Assembly: GCA_963748215.1 (NCBI GenBank)
Contig: CAVVHS010000009.1
Span: forward strand, 192,001 to 256,000
Source of the DNA: an uncultured Gammaproteobacteria bacterium
Lineage (GTDB): Bacteria > Pseudomonadota > Gammaproteobacteria > UBA9214
Length of the DNA: 64,000 nt
Reading direction: 5' to 3'
Part shown: positions 29,440 to 41,655 of the stretch, in pieces
How positions within the stretch are numbered: position 1 is the stretch's first letter
Layout of the letters: every line of letters begins with the position of its first letter
Position numbers and translations under genes: made by a program
Notes under the pieces: generated by a model
What the model was told of the DNA's origin: nothing
The model's input: the letters and a program-made list of their open reading frames with translations, nothing else
Database searches by the model: none

Positions 29440-29641
29440 ACAGGGGCCGGCTGCTCACATCTGTGGCGATCCGGATATCCCGACAAGCAGCCCTGCGGCT
29501 GCCAGGAGAGCTTTGTTTTGTCGACGTGTTCCCAGTTCGCCGGTGTTACCCTTCATTTTTCATTTTTCTCGTATACGCTGGGTGTATGACTGTCAGCTAG
29601 CGACAGGATTCTCCTTTGGGTGTTCACTGGAGGATGACGAC

Positions 29642-30508
29642 ATGAAAAATGAAACACTCTCTCGGCCTGTTTGCCCGGCCGGCAGCGGATCGCCGGACAA
29701 CATGTGGCGGGGCGCTATCAGGTGTTGGTTTCGGCTGGTCCTGTTGCTGGCAGCCGGGTGTGCTCTGACAGGGAACAGCTACGCCACCATCCTGGTATTC
29801 GACCAGTCGCGGGATGCAACCGGTTCGACCGTGGTAGCGACTGCAGCTGGTTCCGATGTGCAGCAGGATTATGGCGATCGCGTAACCGGTTCGCCGATGG
29901 CTGTGGCAGGTGGCCAGTTTACCTATGGCAACGGCGGCGAGGGGTTCACGCCCAACGTTGTGGTCGATTATTTCTCGGGCGCGGACGTGGGTCTCTGGAC
30001 CGTACAGTACGGCGATCTGACCAATGTCCTGTTTGCGAGGGCTCCCCTGTCGGGTACGATTGCGGGCTCGCTGAATGTGCGCCTGACGGCAGATCCGGGT
30101 TACCAGGTGCAGTTGTATCACTTCGATCTTGCCGGCTGGCCCAATGCCGACTACACCATCGATGCGGTCAATATTTTCGGTAATGGTGCAACACTCTTTT
30201 CGCTAGCCAATGTGCTGGTCGAGGGTGATGCGAATGGACCGCGGCACACCTCCTTCGACTTCTCCAGTCCGCTGACCGCCGCGCAGCTGCTGATCCAGAT
30301 CGACATCGGCAACATCGCGGCCAGTAGCCAGGACAATATCGGTATGGACAACATCCGCTTCGGACAGACACCGCCGGCCGCAATCCCGGTGCCGGCAGCC
30401 AGTGTTCTGTTCGGTTCCGGCCTGGTGCTGCTGGCAGCGCGGTTCCGGCGCAGGCCGGCAAGGCGAGGTGCCAGGGCTGATGGCTGCCATCGTGGTACTT
30501 GTGAATGA
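29642..30508 (+). CDS. PEP-CTERM/VPLPA-type surface protein
   Basis: GGAGG RBS, signal peptide, C-terminal IPVPAASVLFGSGLVLLAARFRRR. Confidence 0.8.
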   Translation: MKNETLSRPVCPAGSGSPDNMWRGAIRCWFRLVLLLAAGCALTGNSYATILVFDQSRDATGSTVVATAAGSDVQQDYGDRVTGSPMAVAGGQFTYGNGGEGFTPNVVVDYFSGADVGLWTVQYGDLTNVLFARAPLSGTIAGSLNVRLTADPGYQVQLYHFDLAGWPNADYTIDAVNIFGNGATLFSLANVLVEGDANGPRHTSFDFSSPLTAAQLLIQIDIGNIAASSQDNIGMDNIRFGQTPPAAIPVPAASVLFGSGLVLLAARFRRRPARRGARADGCHRGTCE

Positions 30509-30524
30509 CCATTCGCTGTACCGC

Positions 30525-30890
30525 ATGTTGCCAGGCCATGCGGCAGGTACAGCCGCGGTACTCCTGAAGAGCTTTCCCATACCCTCGTTGATTCTGCTTG
30601 CCAGCCTTGCCGGTGCCGCATGGTCGCTGACCTGTGTGGCACAGGATTCCCCGCTGCTCCCCGTCACCGATGAACTGAGTTCCTGCCAGGTTTCCTCCGA
30701 TTGTGTCTCTGTCTACACCCGCTGTGACAGCTGCGGCTGCCCGGAGGCGATCAGTACGACATTCCGCGATCGGCACGAGCAGGCCCTGCAGACGCTGTGC
30801 GCCGCCTATACCGGCCCACACTGTGACAGGCTGTGCCCGCTTGAACTGCCGGAGTGCGTTGAGGGTCAATGCATGGTGGTGCCGCGATAG
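30525..30890 (+). CDS. secreted cysteine-rich protein (start uncertain)
   Basis: Hydrophobic leader, then 10 Cys in 63 aa (CQVSSDC...CDSCGC...CVEGQC). Confidence 0.6.
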   Translation: MLPGHAAGTAAVLLKSFPIPSLILLASLAGAAWSLTCVAQDSPLLPVTDELSSCQVSSDCVSVYTRCDSCGCPEAISTTFRDRHEQALQTLCAAYTGPHCDRLCPLELPECVEGQCMVVPR

Positions 30891-30969
30891 CGGGACCGGT
30901 ACGGACTACCTGATCACGCAGGCGCGGTGACCTATCTGCATATTTCGAATCAATTAGATGGATGGTTAT

Positions 30970-31224
30970 ATGTCGAAAAAATCCTCGACGCTCAAGCGAG
31001 CCAGTCAGGCGATGCCCGGTTTTGTGAAGCAGGCGCTGAACGAACGAGGCCTGATGTCGGACTACCTGGCGCGTCCGGCCTATCAGCAGAACGACTATCT
31101 CGGCTGGATCAACAGGGCGAAACAACAGGTGACCAGGGAAAGGCGGCTCCGGCAGATGCTGGATGAGCTGGAGGCCGGCGGCATATACATGAAGATGAAG
31201 CATGCACCGTCAGCGAGGCGCTGA
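30970..31224 (+). CDS. YdeI/OmpD-associated family protein
   Basis: MPGFVKQAL...RPAYQQNDYLGWINRAKQ..TRERRL.QMLDEL. Confidence 0.82.
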   Translation: MSKKSSTLKRASQAMPGFVKQALNERGLMSDYLARPAYQQNDYLGWINRAKQQVTRERRLRQMLDELEAGGIYMKMKHAPSARR

Positions 31225-31421
31225 GTACACCCGGTCGCACGGACAGACAGGCCGGCAGTCGTGCAGTCAGGTGGTGCACAAGGCCGTTGTCTGGCTGGCC
31301 AGAGCAGTGCCGGTACAGCTGAAACCGCAGTCCCGGTCGAGTTGAACCAAGCCCTCAACGGTGGTGTTTGCGCGGCTATTTCCCTAATATGGTCTCGGCT
31401 TTCTTACGGGTAATGTCAATC

Positions 31422-31631
31422 ATGAAAAACACAGCATTGCTGCAAGTCCTGGCCATCTCGCTGGCAGTTTCCGGTTGTGCGGCCAGCCTGGTGTACGATA
31501 CAGGTCGCAGCTGGAAGCAGCAGGAGTGTTACAAGCTCACGGACCAGTACGAGCGGCAGCGCTGCCTGCAGTCCTCGGCCATGACCTACGAAGAGTACCG
31601 CAGGACGCTGGCTAAAGAGCAGGCCAGGTAG
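31422..31631 (+). CDS. small lipoprotein
   Basis: Lipobox VSGC after a hydrophobic leader; two further Cys. Confidence 0.7.
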   Translation: MKNTALLQVLAISLAVSGCAASLVYDTGRSWKQQECYKLTDQYERQRCLQSSAMTYEEYRRTLAKEQAR

Positions 31632-31636
31632 TCGCC

Positions 31637-32080
31637 ATGCCCGCGATCAACCACCGCGTCGGTATCAGGGGCTCATTGCACGATGTCTACACGGCTCTGA
31701 CCACGGACGACGGCCTGTCGCGCTGGTGGACAACGGACACCCGGGGGGCAGGTGCGGCCGGTTCCGTCATCCGCTTCCGGTTCAACGGTGGCGGGCCGGA
31801 CTTCGAGGTTGTCGAGTTGCAGCCCGATACGCGGGTGCGCTGGCGCCACTCCGGTTCCATGCCGGAAGACTGGATGGGCACGGAGATTTCCTTCGAGCTG
31901 ACACCGGCGGATGACCAGGTCTTCGTGCGTTTCCGGCACAGCGGCTGGCAGGCGGAAAGTGATTTCATGGCACACTGCAGCACCAAGTGGGGCGTGTTCC
32001 TGCTGAGCCTGAAAGACGCCATCGAGACCGGTAAGGGCCGGCCATTCCCTGACGATATCCCCGTCGATCACAGCGAGTAG
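31637..32080 (+). CDS. SRPBCC/AHSA1-START domain protein
   Basis: VYTALTT..GLSRWWT...WMGTEISFEL..VRFRHSGW..CSTKW. Confidence 0.88.
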   Translation: MPAINHRVGIRGSLHDVYTALTTDDGLSRWWTTDTRGAGAAGSVIRFRFNGGGPDFEVVELQPDTRVRWRHSGSMPEDWMGTEISFELTPADDQVFVRFRHSGWQAESDFMAHCSTKWGVFLLSLKDAIETGKGRPFPDDIPVDHSE

Positions 32081-32207
32081 CCGTTGTCTTGATCACACCT
32101 GTGCAGCTTCCAATCCGGCGCAATCGGGCGTGGTGCCGCTGTTCGGCATCACCGGGATAAACAGCCGACTGCGCTTTTCGATGTAGCTTGCATTGCCGGA
32201 GACACCG

Positions 32208-32916
32208 ATGATTGTGCTGGTAACCGATTTCGGTCTGGACGGGCCCTATACCGGCCAGGTGCAGGCCGTGCTGCATCAGCAGGCCCCGGGTGTTCCGGTG
32301 ATCAGCCTGTTTGCCGACCTCGCGCCGTTCGATATCCAGGGTGCAGCCTACCTGCTGCCGCCCTATACACAGGGTTTCGCCCCGGGCACGGTGTTTCTGT
32401 GCGTGGTCGACCCCGGCGTCGGTGGCCGGCGCCCGGGCGTGGTGGTGCGTGCCGACGGACGCTGGTTCGTCGGGCCGAACGAGGGACTGTTCGCGATCCT
32501 GGCGCGGCGGGTCGGGCAAGTCGAATGCTGGCAACTGCCGGAAGCGGCACAGCCTGCGGCCAGTTTTCATGCGCGTGATGTGTTTGCGCCGGTCGCGGCG
32601 CGGCTGGCGCGTGGTGGCGGCGAGGTCGGGGAGCGGGTCGCGGCGGAGACGCTGCTGATGCCGGAATGGCCGGACGACCTGTTCCGGGTGCTGTACATCG
32701 ACCGTTATGGCAATGCGATTACCGGGGTGAGGGCCTCGGCCATTCCGGATGACGCGCTGCTGCGTACCGGTGATTACCTGTTGCCACGGGCGCGCACCTT
32801 TTCCGACGTCGTCGTTGGCGCACCATTCTGGTACCGGAATGCCAACGGGCTGGCTGAGATTGCAGTCAACCAGGGCAGGGCGGACCGGGTGCTGGGGCTG
32901 CGGGCCGGGACACCGT

Positions 32917-32927
<11 letters not shown>
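32208..32927 (+). CDS. DUF62 SAM hydrolase / halogenase-family protein
   Basis: [43 protein letters not shown]. Confidence 0.9.
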
Positions 32928-35817
<2,890 letters not shown>

Positions 35818-35892
35818 GAATCGCTACGTCTGGCTGGCCAACCTGTTAATATACGGCGTTTTCGGGACGACGGCCAAAAGGATTAGCAGATT

Positions 35893-37260
35893 ATGACGCA
35901 GGTGGGGGCAGACGAAGCCGGCATGAGTCGCCTCGAGTGGCGGGCGGCGCTGTCACTGTCGAGTGTTTATGCCCTGCGCATGCTGGGATTTTTCATGATC
36001 CTGCCGGTTTTCGCGCTGTATGCCGCCGATCTCGAGGGCGTCACCCCGGCACTGACCGGCCTGGCCATCGGCATCTACGGTGTGACCCAGGCGCTGCTGC
36101 AAATCCCGGCCGGCTTGCTGTCCGACCACATCGGGCGCAAGCCGGTGATCATCGGCGGGCTGCTGGTGTTCGCCGCCGGCAGCCTGGTCGCCGCGCTGGC
36201 GGATTCCATCTATATCATCATCCTCGGGCGTGCCCTGCAGGGTGCTGGCGCGATCGCGGCGGCGATCATGGCGCTGACCGCCGACCTTACCCGCGAGGAA
36301 CACCGCATCAAGGCCATGGCGCTGATCGGGATGAGCATCGGCATCTCGTTTGCCGCCGCGCTGGTGCTCGGCCCGGTGCTGAATCACTGGATCGGCGTGC
36401 CGGGTATCTTCGCCCTCACTGCCGTGCTGGCGCTGGGCGGGGTGCTGGTGGTGGCCTTTGTCGTGCCGCGGCCGCAGTCCCTGCGCATCCACCGCGAATC
36501 GGAGGCGATCCCCGCGCAGTTCGGGCGCGTGCTGCGGCATGGCCAGCTGCTGCGGCTGGATTTCGGCATCCTGATGCTGCATGCCATCATGACCGCGACC
36601 TTCGTGGTGATGCCGCTGGTGCTGCGCGACGAGGCCGGCCTTGCGGCGTCCGGACACTGGAAGGTCTACCTGCCGGTGCTGGTCTGTTCGGTCGCGGCCA
36701 TGGTGCCGTTCATCCTCCTGGCGGAGCGCCGGGGCCGCATCAAGCCGGTATTTCTCGGCGCCATTGCCTTGCTGGTGCTGGTGGAACTGGGGCTCTTTAT
36801 CGTGCCGGTCACGCCGGTCAACATCGTGGTGCTGCTGTTCGGGTTTTTCACCGCGTTTAACCTGCTGGAGGCAATGCTGCCCTCGCTGGTGTCGCGTGCC
36901 GCGCCGGCCGACTGCCGCGGTACCGCCATGGGGTTCTATTCGAGTATGCAGTTCTTCGGCGCCTTCTTGGGCGGTGCGCTCGGGGGCTGGTTGCACGGCC
37001 AGTTCGGTCTGCACAGTCTTTTCATGTGCGCGGCGGCAGGCGCGCTGGTGTGGCTGGGGCTGGCTGCCACCATGGTGCCGCCGCTGAAGCTGGCCAACAT
37101 CATCCACCCGGTCCACGTCACGACGCCCGACGGGGAGGCGGACCTGACCCGGCAACTGGCCGGCCTGGCTGGCGTGGCCGAGGTGGTGGTGGTGGCGGAG
37201 GAGGGCGTGGCCTATCTGAAAGTGGACAAGCGGCTGTTCGACGCGTCCAGCCTGCCGTGA
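35893..37260 (+). CDS. MFS transporter, YajR-like
   Basis: SDHIGRKP motif, about 12 TMs, C-terminal AYLKVD domain; uvrA-MFS-ssb synteny. Confidence 0.92.
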   Translation: MTQVGADEAGMSRLEWRAALSLSSVYALRMLGFFMILPVFALYAADLEGVTPALTGLAIGIYGVTQALLQIPAGLLSDHIGRKPVIIGGLLVFAAGSLVAALADSIYIIILGRALQGAGAIAAAIMALTADLTREEHRIKAMALIGMSIGISFAAALVLGPVLNHWIGVPGIFALTAVLALGGVLVVAFVVPRPQSLRIHRESEAIPAQFGRVLRHGQLLRLDFGILMLHAIMTATFVVMPLVLRDEAGLAASGHWKVYLPVLVCSVAAMVPFILLAERRGRIKPVFLGAIALLVLVELGLFIVPVTPVNIVVLLFGFFTAFNLLEAMLPSLVSRAAPADCRGTAMGFYSSMQFFGAFLGGALGGWLHGQFGLHSLFMCAAAGALVWLGLAATMVPPLKLANIIHPVHVTTPDGEADLTRQLAGLAGVAEVVVVAEEGVAYLKVDKRLFDASSLP

Positions 37261-37403
37261 GGTTGACGGCAACTGGCGGCGATTCCCTACAAGTAACCCG
37301 GTATTCCGCAAGGCGGCTTTGGCTTAGAATAGCGACATCAACCCGTATGCAGACGCCCGGCACGGGGCAATGCAACCCTAACTATAGATAACAGGAGAGC
37401 ACT

Positions 37404-37844
37404 ATGGCGCGAGGCATCAACAAGGTGATTCTGGTCGGCAACCTGGGCAAGGACCCGGAAGTGCGCTATATGCCGAACGGTAACGCGGTCGCCAATATTA
37501 CCCTCGCCACGACGGAGTCCTGGAAGGACAAGCAGACCGGCGAAGCCCAGGAAAAGACCGAATGGCATCGCATAGTACTGTTCCGGCGCCTGGGCGAGAT
37601 TGCCGGCGAATATCTCAAGAAGGGTTCGCAGGTCTACATCGAGGGCAAGCTGCAGACGCGCAAGTGGCAGGACAATGCCGGCAACGACCGCTACACCACC
37701 GAGATCGTCGCCAATGAAATGCAGATGCTGGGCGGCCGGGGCGGCGGCGGCAGCGCCGGGTTCGCTTCCAGTGACAGCAATGAATCCCGTGCCCCCGCTG
37801 TTGCGGAAGGCCCGGCCGATTTCGATGACGATATCCCGTTCTGA
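37404..37844 (+). CDS. ssb: single-stranded DNA-binding protein
   Basis: [16 protein letters not shown]...DFDDDIPF. Confidence 0.99.
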   Translation: MARGINKVILVGNLGKDPEVRYMPNGNAVANITLATTESWKDKQTGEAQEKTEWHRIVLFRRLGEIAGEYLKKGSQVYIEGKLQTRKWQDNAGNDRYTTEIVANEMQMLGGRGGGGSAGFASSDSNESRAPAVAEGPADFDDDIPF

Positions 37845-37870
37845 TGCCGTCCGGATTTCGGCATTTCCTC

Positions 37871-37898
37871 AAAAAGCCTGCTCAAGCAGGCTTTTTTT
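37871..37898 (+). terminator. rho-independent, potentially bidirectional terminator
   Basis: AAAAAGCCTGCT-CA-AGCAGGCTTTTTTT. Confidence 0.9.
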
Positions 37899-37974
37899 AT
37901 GCGGCGCGACTGGCTGGGCAGGCGCCGGATTCGCTGCGTATCAATCCCCGATATAGCTAGAATTTTCTACACAG

Positions 37975-37990
37975 ACCCAATATATTGGGT
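37975..37990. promoter_or_regulatory. perfect 16-bp palindrome resembling an NrdR box
   Basis: ACCCAATATATTGGGT versus NrdR consensus acaCwAtATaTwGtgt; TATAAT at 38003-38008. Confidence 0.5.
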
Positions 37991-38197
37991 TTCAGGCAGG
38001 CGTATAATCTCCCGCCCGAGGGCCGGTACAGGTCTGTAAGGGGTGCGAAACACCAGAAAACCGGGTCAAGCTGTCAATCTACTCAAGGTATTTTGGCCAA
38101 CCTTTTGATTTCTAATTTATATGTTTTCAGCGACGGCGGGAATTCCTTGAATTTGGCCTAAGTGACTGTCCGGCTGGATATTTTCTTCAAAATTCAC

Positions 38198-38260
38198 TTG
38201 ACGAGCCAGTCCTCGCTCCCTATAGTGTCGCAAAGTGGGGCCCAGTGGTAATTTCTGGGT
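38198..38260 (+). promoter_or_regulatory. dcw (mraZ) promoter with MraZ operator repeats
   Basis: TTGACG-17 bp-TATAGT followed by GTGGG/GTGGT/CTGGG at 10-bp period (38235, 38245, 38255). Confidence 0.8.
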
Positions 38261-38285
38261 TTCAGGGGAGCCAAAGGGGGCGGTT

Positions 38286-38738
38286 TTGTTCATCGGGGGC
38301 AGCACGGTCAATCTGGATGCGAAAGGCCGCCTGGCGCTGCCTACCCGCTACCGTGGCGACCTGGCGGAGCGTTGTGGCGGCAATGTGGTGATGACCGTGC
38401 ATAGCGACCGCGCCCTGATGCTGTTTCCCCGCCCCGACTGGGACGATCTCGAGCGCAAGCTCGTGCGCCTGCCCAACCAGAACAGACTGACCCGCGAACT
38501 GCAGCTGATGTTGTTCGGCAATGCCGCCGAGCTGGAAGTGGACAAGAACGGCCGGGTGCTGATACCGCCGCACCTGCGCAAGCTGGCCGGTCTCGAAAAA
38601 CGCGTGATGTTTCTCGGCATGGGTAACAAGTTCGAGATCTGGAATGAAGAGCTCTGGGAGAAGAAGTGCGGCGACTATATGACCGGCAGCGGTGACAGTG
38701 CCGACGTGCCGGATGCCCTGCGTGAACTGACGATCTGA
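38286..38738 (+). CDS. mraZ: transcriptional repressor MraZ
   Basis: LDAKGRLALP and VDKNGRVLIP repeats; TTG start. Confidence 0.97.
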   Translation: MFIGGSTVNLDAKGRLALPTRYRGDLAERCGGNVVMTVHSDRALMLFPRPDWDDLERKLVRLPNQNRLTRELQLMLFGNAAELEVDKNGRVLIPPHLRKLAGLEKRVMFLGMGNKFEIWNEELWEKKCGDYMTGSGDSADVPDALRELTI

Positions 38739-38744
38739 TCGTCG

Positions 38745-39680
38745 GTGGGACGTGCGTACACACATCAGCCGGTACTGCTCGAGGAAGTGCTGGACGGGCT
38801 GGCGATACGGGCGGACGGCGTGTACGTGGATGGAACGTTTGGTCGCGGCGGCCACGCAGCCGCCATACTCGAAAGGCTCGGAGCAGCGGGACGATTGCTC
38901 GCCATGGACAAGGATCCCGAGGCGGTGTTGTCGGCAGGGACGCAGTTTGGAAATGATCCTCGTTTTGAAATAGTGCAGGGTGCATTCACGATGCTGAGCG
39001 AGCTGGTAGCACAGCGACAACTGTCGGGGCGAGTCAATGGCCTGTTGCTGGATCTCGGCGTTTCCTCGCCGCAGCTCGACGATGCTGCGCGCGGTTTCAG
39101 CTTTTCGGATGATGGCCCGCTCGACATGCGCATGGATCCGGACGCGGGCATCAGTGCGGCGCAATGGCTGGCAGGGGCGGGCGAGCGCGAGATCAGTGGC
39201 GTGCTGCGCACGCTGGGCGAGGAACGTTTCGCCGGACGTATCGCACGCGCCATCGTCAACTCCCGCAAGACTGCGACATTGCAGACCACGCGCCAGCTTG
39301 CCGAGCTGATTGCCGTGACGGTTCCGTCGCGTGAACAGCACAAGCATCCCGCCACGCGCAGCTTTCTGGCGATCCGCATTTTCATCAATCACGAGCTCGA
39401 TGATTTGCGCGTCGTGCTGGAGCAGGTGCCGGAGGTGCTGGCTCCGGGCGGGCGCCTGGCCGTGATCGGTTTTCACTCGCTGGAGGACCGCATCGTCAAG
39501 CGCTTTATTCGCGACGAGTATCGCGGCGAACCGCCGCCGCGCGAGTTTCCGCTGGCCGGAATGGACCATGTGCCGCGCATGAAGCCGGTCGGCAAGGCGA
39601 TACGCGCAGGTGAGGATGAGTTGCGCCGCAACCCGCGTGCCCGCAGTGCGGTGCTGAGAGTCGCGGAGCGCGTGCAATGA
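38745..39680 (+). CDS. rsmH: 16S rRNA m4C1402 methyltransferase
   Basis: HQPVLL, DGTFGRGGH, DLGVSSPQLD, NPRARSA. Confidence 0.98.
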   Translation: MGRAYTHQPVLLEEVLDGLAIRADGVYVDGTFGRGGHAAAILERLGAAGRLLAMDKDPEAVLSAGTQFGNDPRFEIVQGAFTMLSELVAQRQLSGRVNGLLLDLGVSSPQLDDAARGFSFSDDGPLDMRMDPDAGISAAQWLAGAGEREISGVLRTLGEERFAGRIARAIVNSRKTATLQTTRQLAELIAVTVPSREQHKHPATRSFLAIRIFINHELDDLRVVLEQVPEVLAPGGRLAVIGFHSLEDRIVKRFIRDEYRGEPPPREFPLAGMDHVPRMKPVGKAIRAGEDELRRNPRARSAVLRVAERVQ

Positions 39681-39946
39681 ACCAGCGGCCGGGCGGCATG
39701 CTGATCCTGTTGCTGCTGGTGATCGTGTCGGCGGTCGCCGTGGTGTATTCCAAGCACCAGGGGCGCAAGCTGTTCGTCGAGTTGCAGGCACTGGGCAAGG
39801 AACGTGACTCCATGGATATCGAGTGGGGTCAGCTGCAGCTCGAGCAGGGCACGCTGACCACCCAGGGCAAGATCGAGAAGATCGCGCGCGAGCGGCTTGG
39901 TATGGCCGGTCTCGGCGCAGACGCAATGGTGATCGTGAAACCATGA
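39677..39946 (+). CDS. ftsL: cell division protein FtsL
   Basis: TM helix plus EWGQLQLEQ coiled coil; position in dcw. Confidence 0.95.
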   Translation: MNQRPGGMLILLLLVIVSAVAVVYSKHQGRKLFVELQALGKERDSMDIEWGQLQLEQGTLTTQGKIEKIARERLGMAGLGADAMVIVKP

Positions 39947-41655
39947 ACCGTATACGCGCGAATACAGTCTATCCAGGGCGGCGTGTCTTCCTGTTGCTGT
40001 GCATGGGGCTGGCCGCCGCCGTGCTGGTCTGGCGTGCCGTCTGCCTGCAGGTGCTGGACAAGGAATTCCTGCTGAACCAGGGCCAGGCGCGGCACCTGCG
40101 CGTGGTGTCCCTGCCGGCGCATCGCGGCATCATCCAGGACCGCAATGGCGAACCGCTGGCGATCAGCACGCCGGTGGAGTCGGTGTGGGTGAATCCGCAG
40201 GAGCTGGGCAACGAGCAGCAGCGCATTCCCGAGCTGGCCCGCCTGCTGGCGCTGGACAAGTCCAGTGTGCAGAGTCTGCTGGCCAGTCGCTCCGACCGCG
40301 AATTCATCTACCTGCGCCGGCACATCGATCCGGCCACAGCGGCACAGGTCGAGGCGCTGGACATACCCGGTGTTTACCTGCAACGCGAATACCGCCGCTA
40401 TTATCCGGACGGCGAGGTCGCCGCACATGTGGTCGGATTCACCAACGTCGACGACGTCGGCCAGGAAGGGCTGGAGCTGGCCTACGAAGACTGGCTGGCG
40501 GGCGAGCCCGGTGCCAAGCGTGTCATCAAGGATGGCAAGAGTCACATCGTCGAGGACGTCGAGAGCATCAGCCTGCCGAACCCGGGCAAGGACCTGCAAC
40601 TCAGCATCGACCGCCGTATCCAGTACCTCGCCTATCGCGAACTGCTGACGGTGATGCAGGAACACAAGGCGCATGCCGCTTCCGCCGTGGTGCTGGATGT
40701 GAAGAGCGGCGAGGTGCTGGCGATGGTCAACCAGCCGTCCTTCAATCCTAACAACCGCCAGAACCTGCGCAGCAGCGACATGCGTAACCGCGCGGTAACG
40801 GACGTGTTCGAGCCGGGCTCCACCATGAAGCCGTTTGTGGTCGCGACCGCGCTGGCCAGCGAGCGCTACACGCCGCACACACCGGTCAGCACCTCGCCGG
40901 GCTGGATGCGCGTGGGCGTGAACACAGTGCGCGATGTGCACGATTACGGTGACCTCGATGTGACCGGCGTCATCCGCAAGTCCAGCAACGTGGGTATCGC
41001 CAAGATTGCACTGTCGCTGGCCGCCGAGGACATCTGGACGGAGTTGTCGGACATCGGTTTCGGCGTGCAGACCTTCAGCGGTTTTCCAGGCGAGGCCTCC
41101 GGCCTGCTGCCGCATTTCTCGGGCTGGAACGCCATCGAGACCGCCACGCTGTCATTCGGATACGGCGTGTCCGTGACCCCGTTGCAGCTGGCGCAGGCCT
41201 ATGCCGTGCTGGCCAGTGATGGCATCCGGCGCTCCATCACCTTCCTGCACGATGTACGTGTCGCGGAGGAGCGTCGCATCATGCCGGCCACGATTGCGCG
41301 CGAGGTGCGCGCCATGCTGGAACAAGCCGTCGGTCCCGAGGGCACCGCACCGGAGGCGCGTGTGCCAGGCTATCGCGTCGCCGGCAAGACCGGCACGGTG
41401 CGCAAGTCGGAGCCCGGCGGTTACTCGGACAGCAAGTATCTGTCGGTCTTCGCCGGCATGGCGCCCGCCAGTGACCCGCGCCTGGTGATGGTGGTGATGG
41501 TCGACGAGCCGGGCGCCGGCAAGTACTACGGTGGCCAGGTGGCCGCACCGGCATTCTCGCGCGTGATGGCCGGCGCGTTGCGCCTGCTGGCCGTGCCGCC
41601 GGACGATGTGCCGTTGCTGCAGACCCGCCGCAAGGACGCGGAGGAGCCTGCATGA
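39943..41655 (+). CDS. ftsI: penicillin-binding protein 3
   Basis: RGIIQDRNG, EPGSTMK, SSN, KTGT. Confidence 0.97.
   Translation: MNRIRANTVYPGRRVFLLLCMGLAAAVLVWRAVCLQVLDKEFLLNQGQARHLRVVSLPAHRGIIQDRNGEPLAISTPVESVWVNPQELGNEQQRIPELARLLALDKSSVQSLLASRSDREFIYLRRHIDPATAAQVEALDIPGVYLQREYRRYYPDGEVAAHVVGFTNVDDVGQEGLELAYEDWLAGEPGAKRVIKDGKSHIVEDVESISLPNPGKDLQLSIDRRIQYLAYRELLTVMQEHKAHAASAVVLDVKSGEVLAMVNQPSFNPNNRQNLRSSDMRNRAVTDVFEPGSTMKPFVVATALASERYTPHTPVSTSPGWMRVGVNTVRDVHDYGDLDVTGVIRKSSNVGIAKIALSLAAEDIWTELSDIGFGVQTFSGFPGEASGLLPHFSGWNAIETATLSFGYGVSVTPLQLAQAYAVLASDGIRRSITFLHDVRVAEERRIMPATIAREVRAMLEQAVGPEGTAPEARVPGYRVAGKTGTVRKSEPGGYSDSKYLSVFAGMAPASDPRLVMVVMVDEPGAGKYYGGQVAAPAFSRVMAGALRLLAVPPDDVPLLQTRRKDAEEPA

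Noticed and set aside
28883-29641. N-terminal extension of the 541-aa ORF 28883-30508
   Set aside because: It overlaps the DUF1223 gene out of frame; the real start with an RBS is at 29642.
35840-35858. LexA SOS box upstream of uvrA
   Set aside because: CTGTTAATATACGG has an 8-nt spacer and a CGG end rather than CTG-N10-CAG.
37900-38190. RNase P RNA upstream of mraZ, as in some Gammaproteobacteria
   Set aside because: No GAGGAAAGTCC or CGGCTTA signature, and the space is too small.
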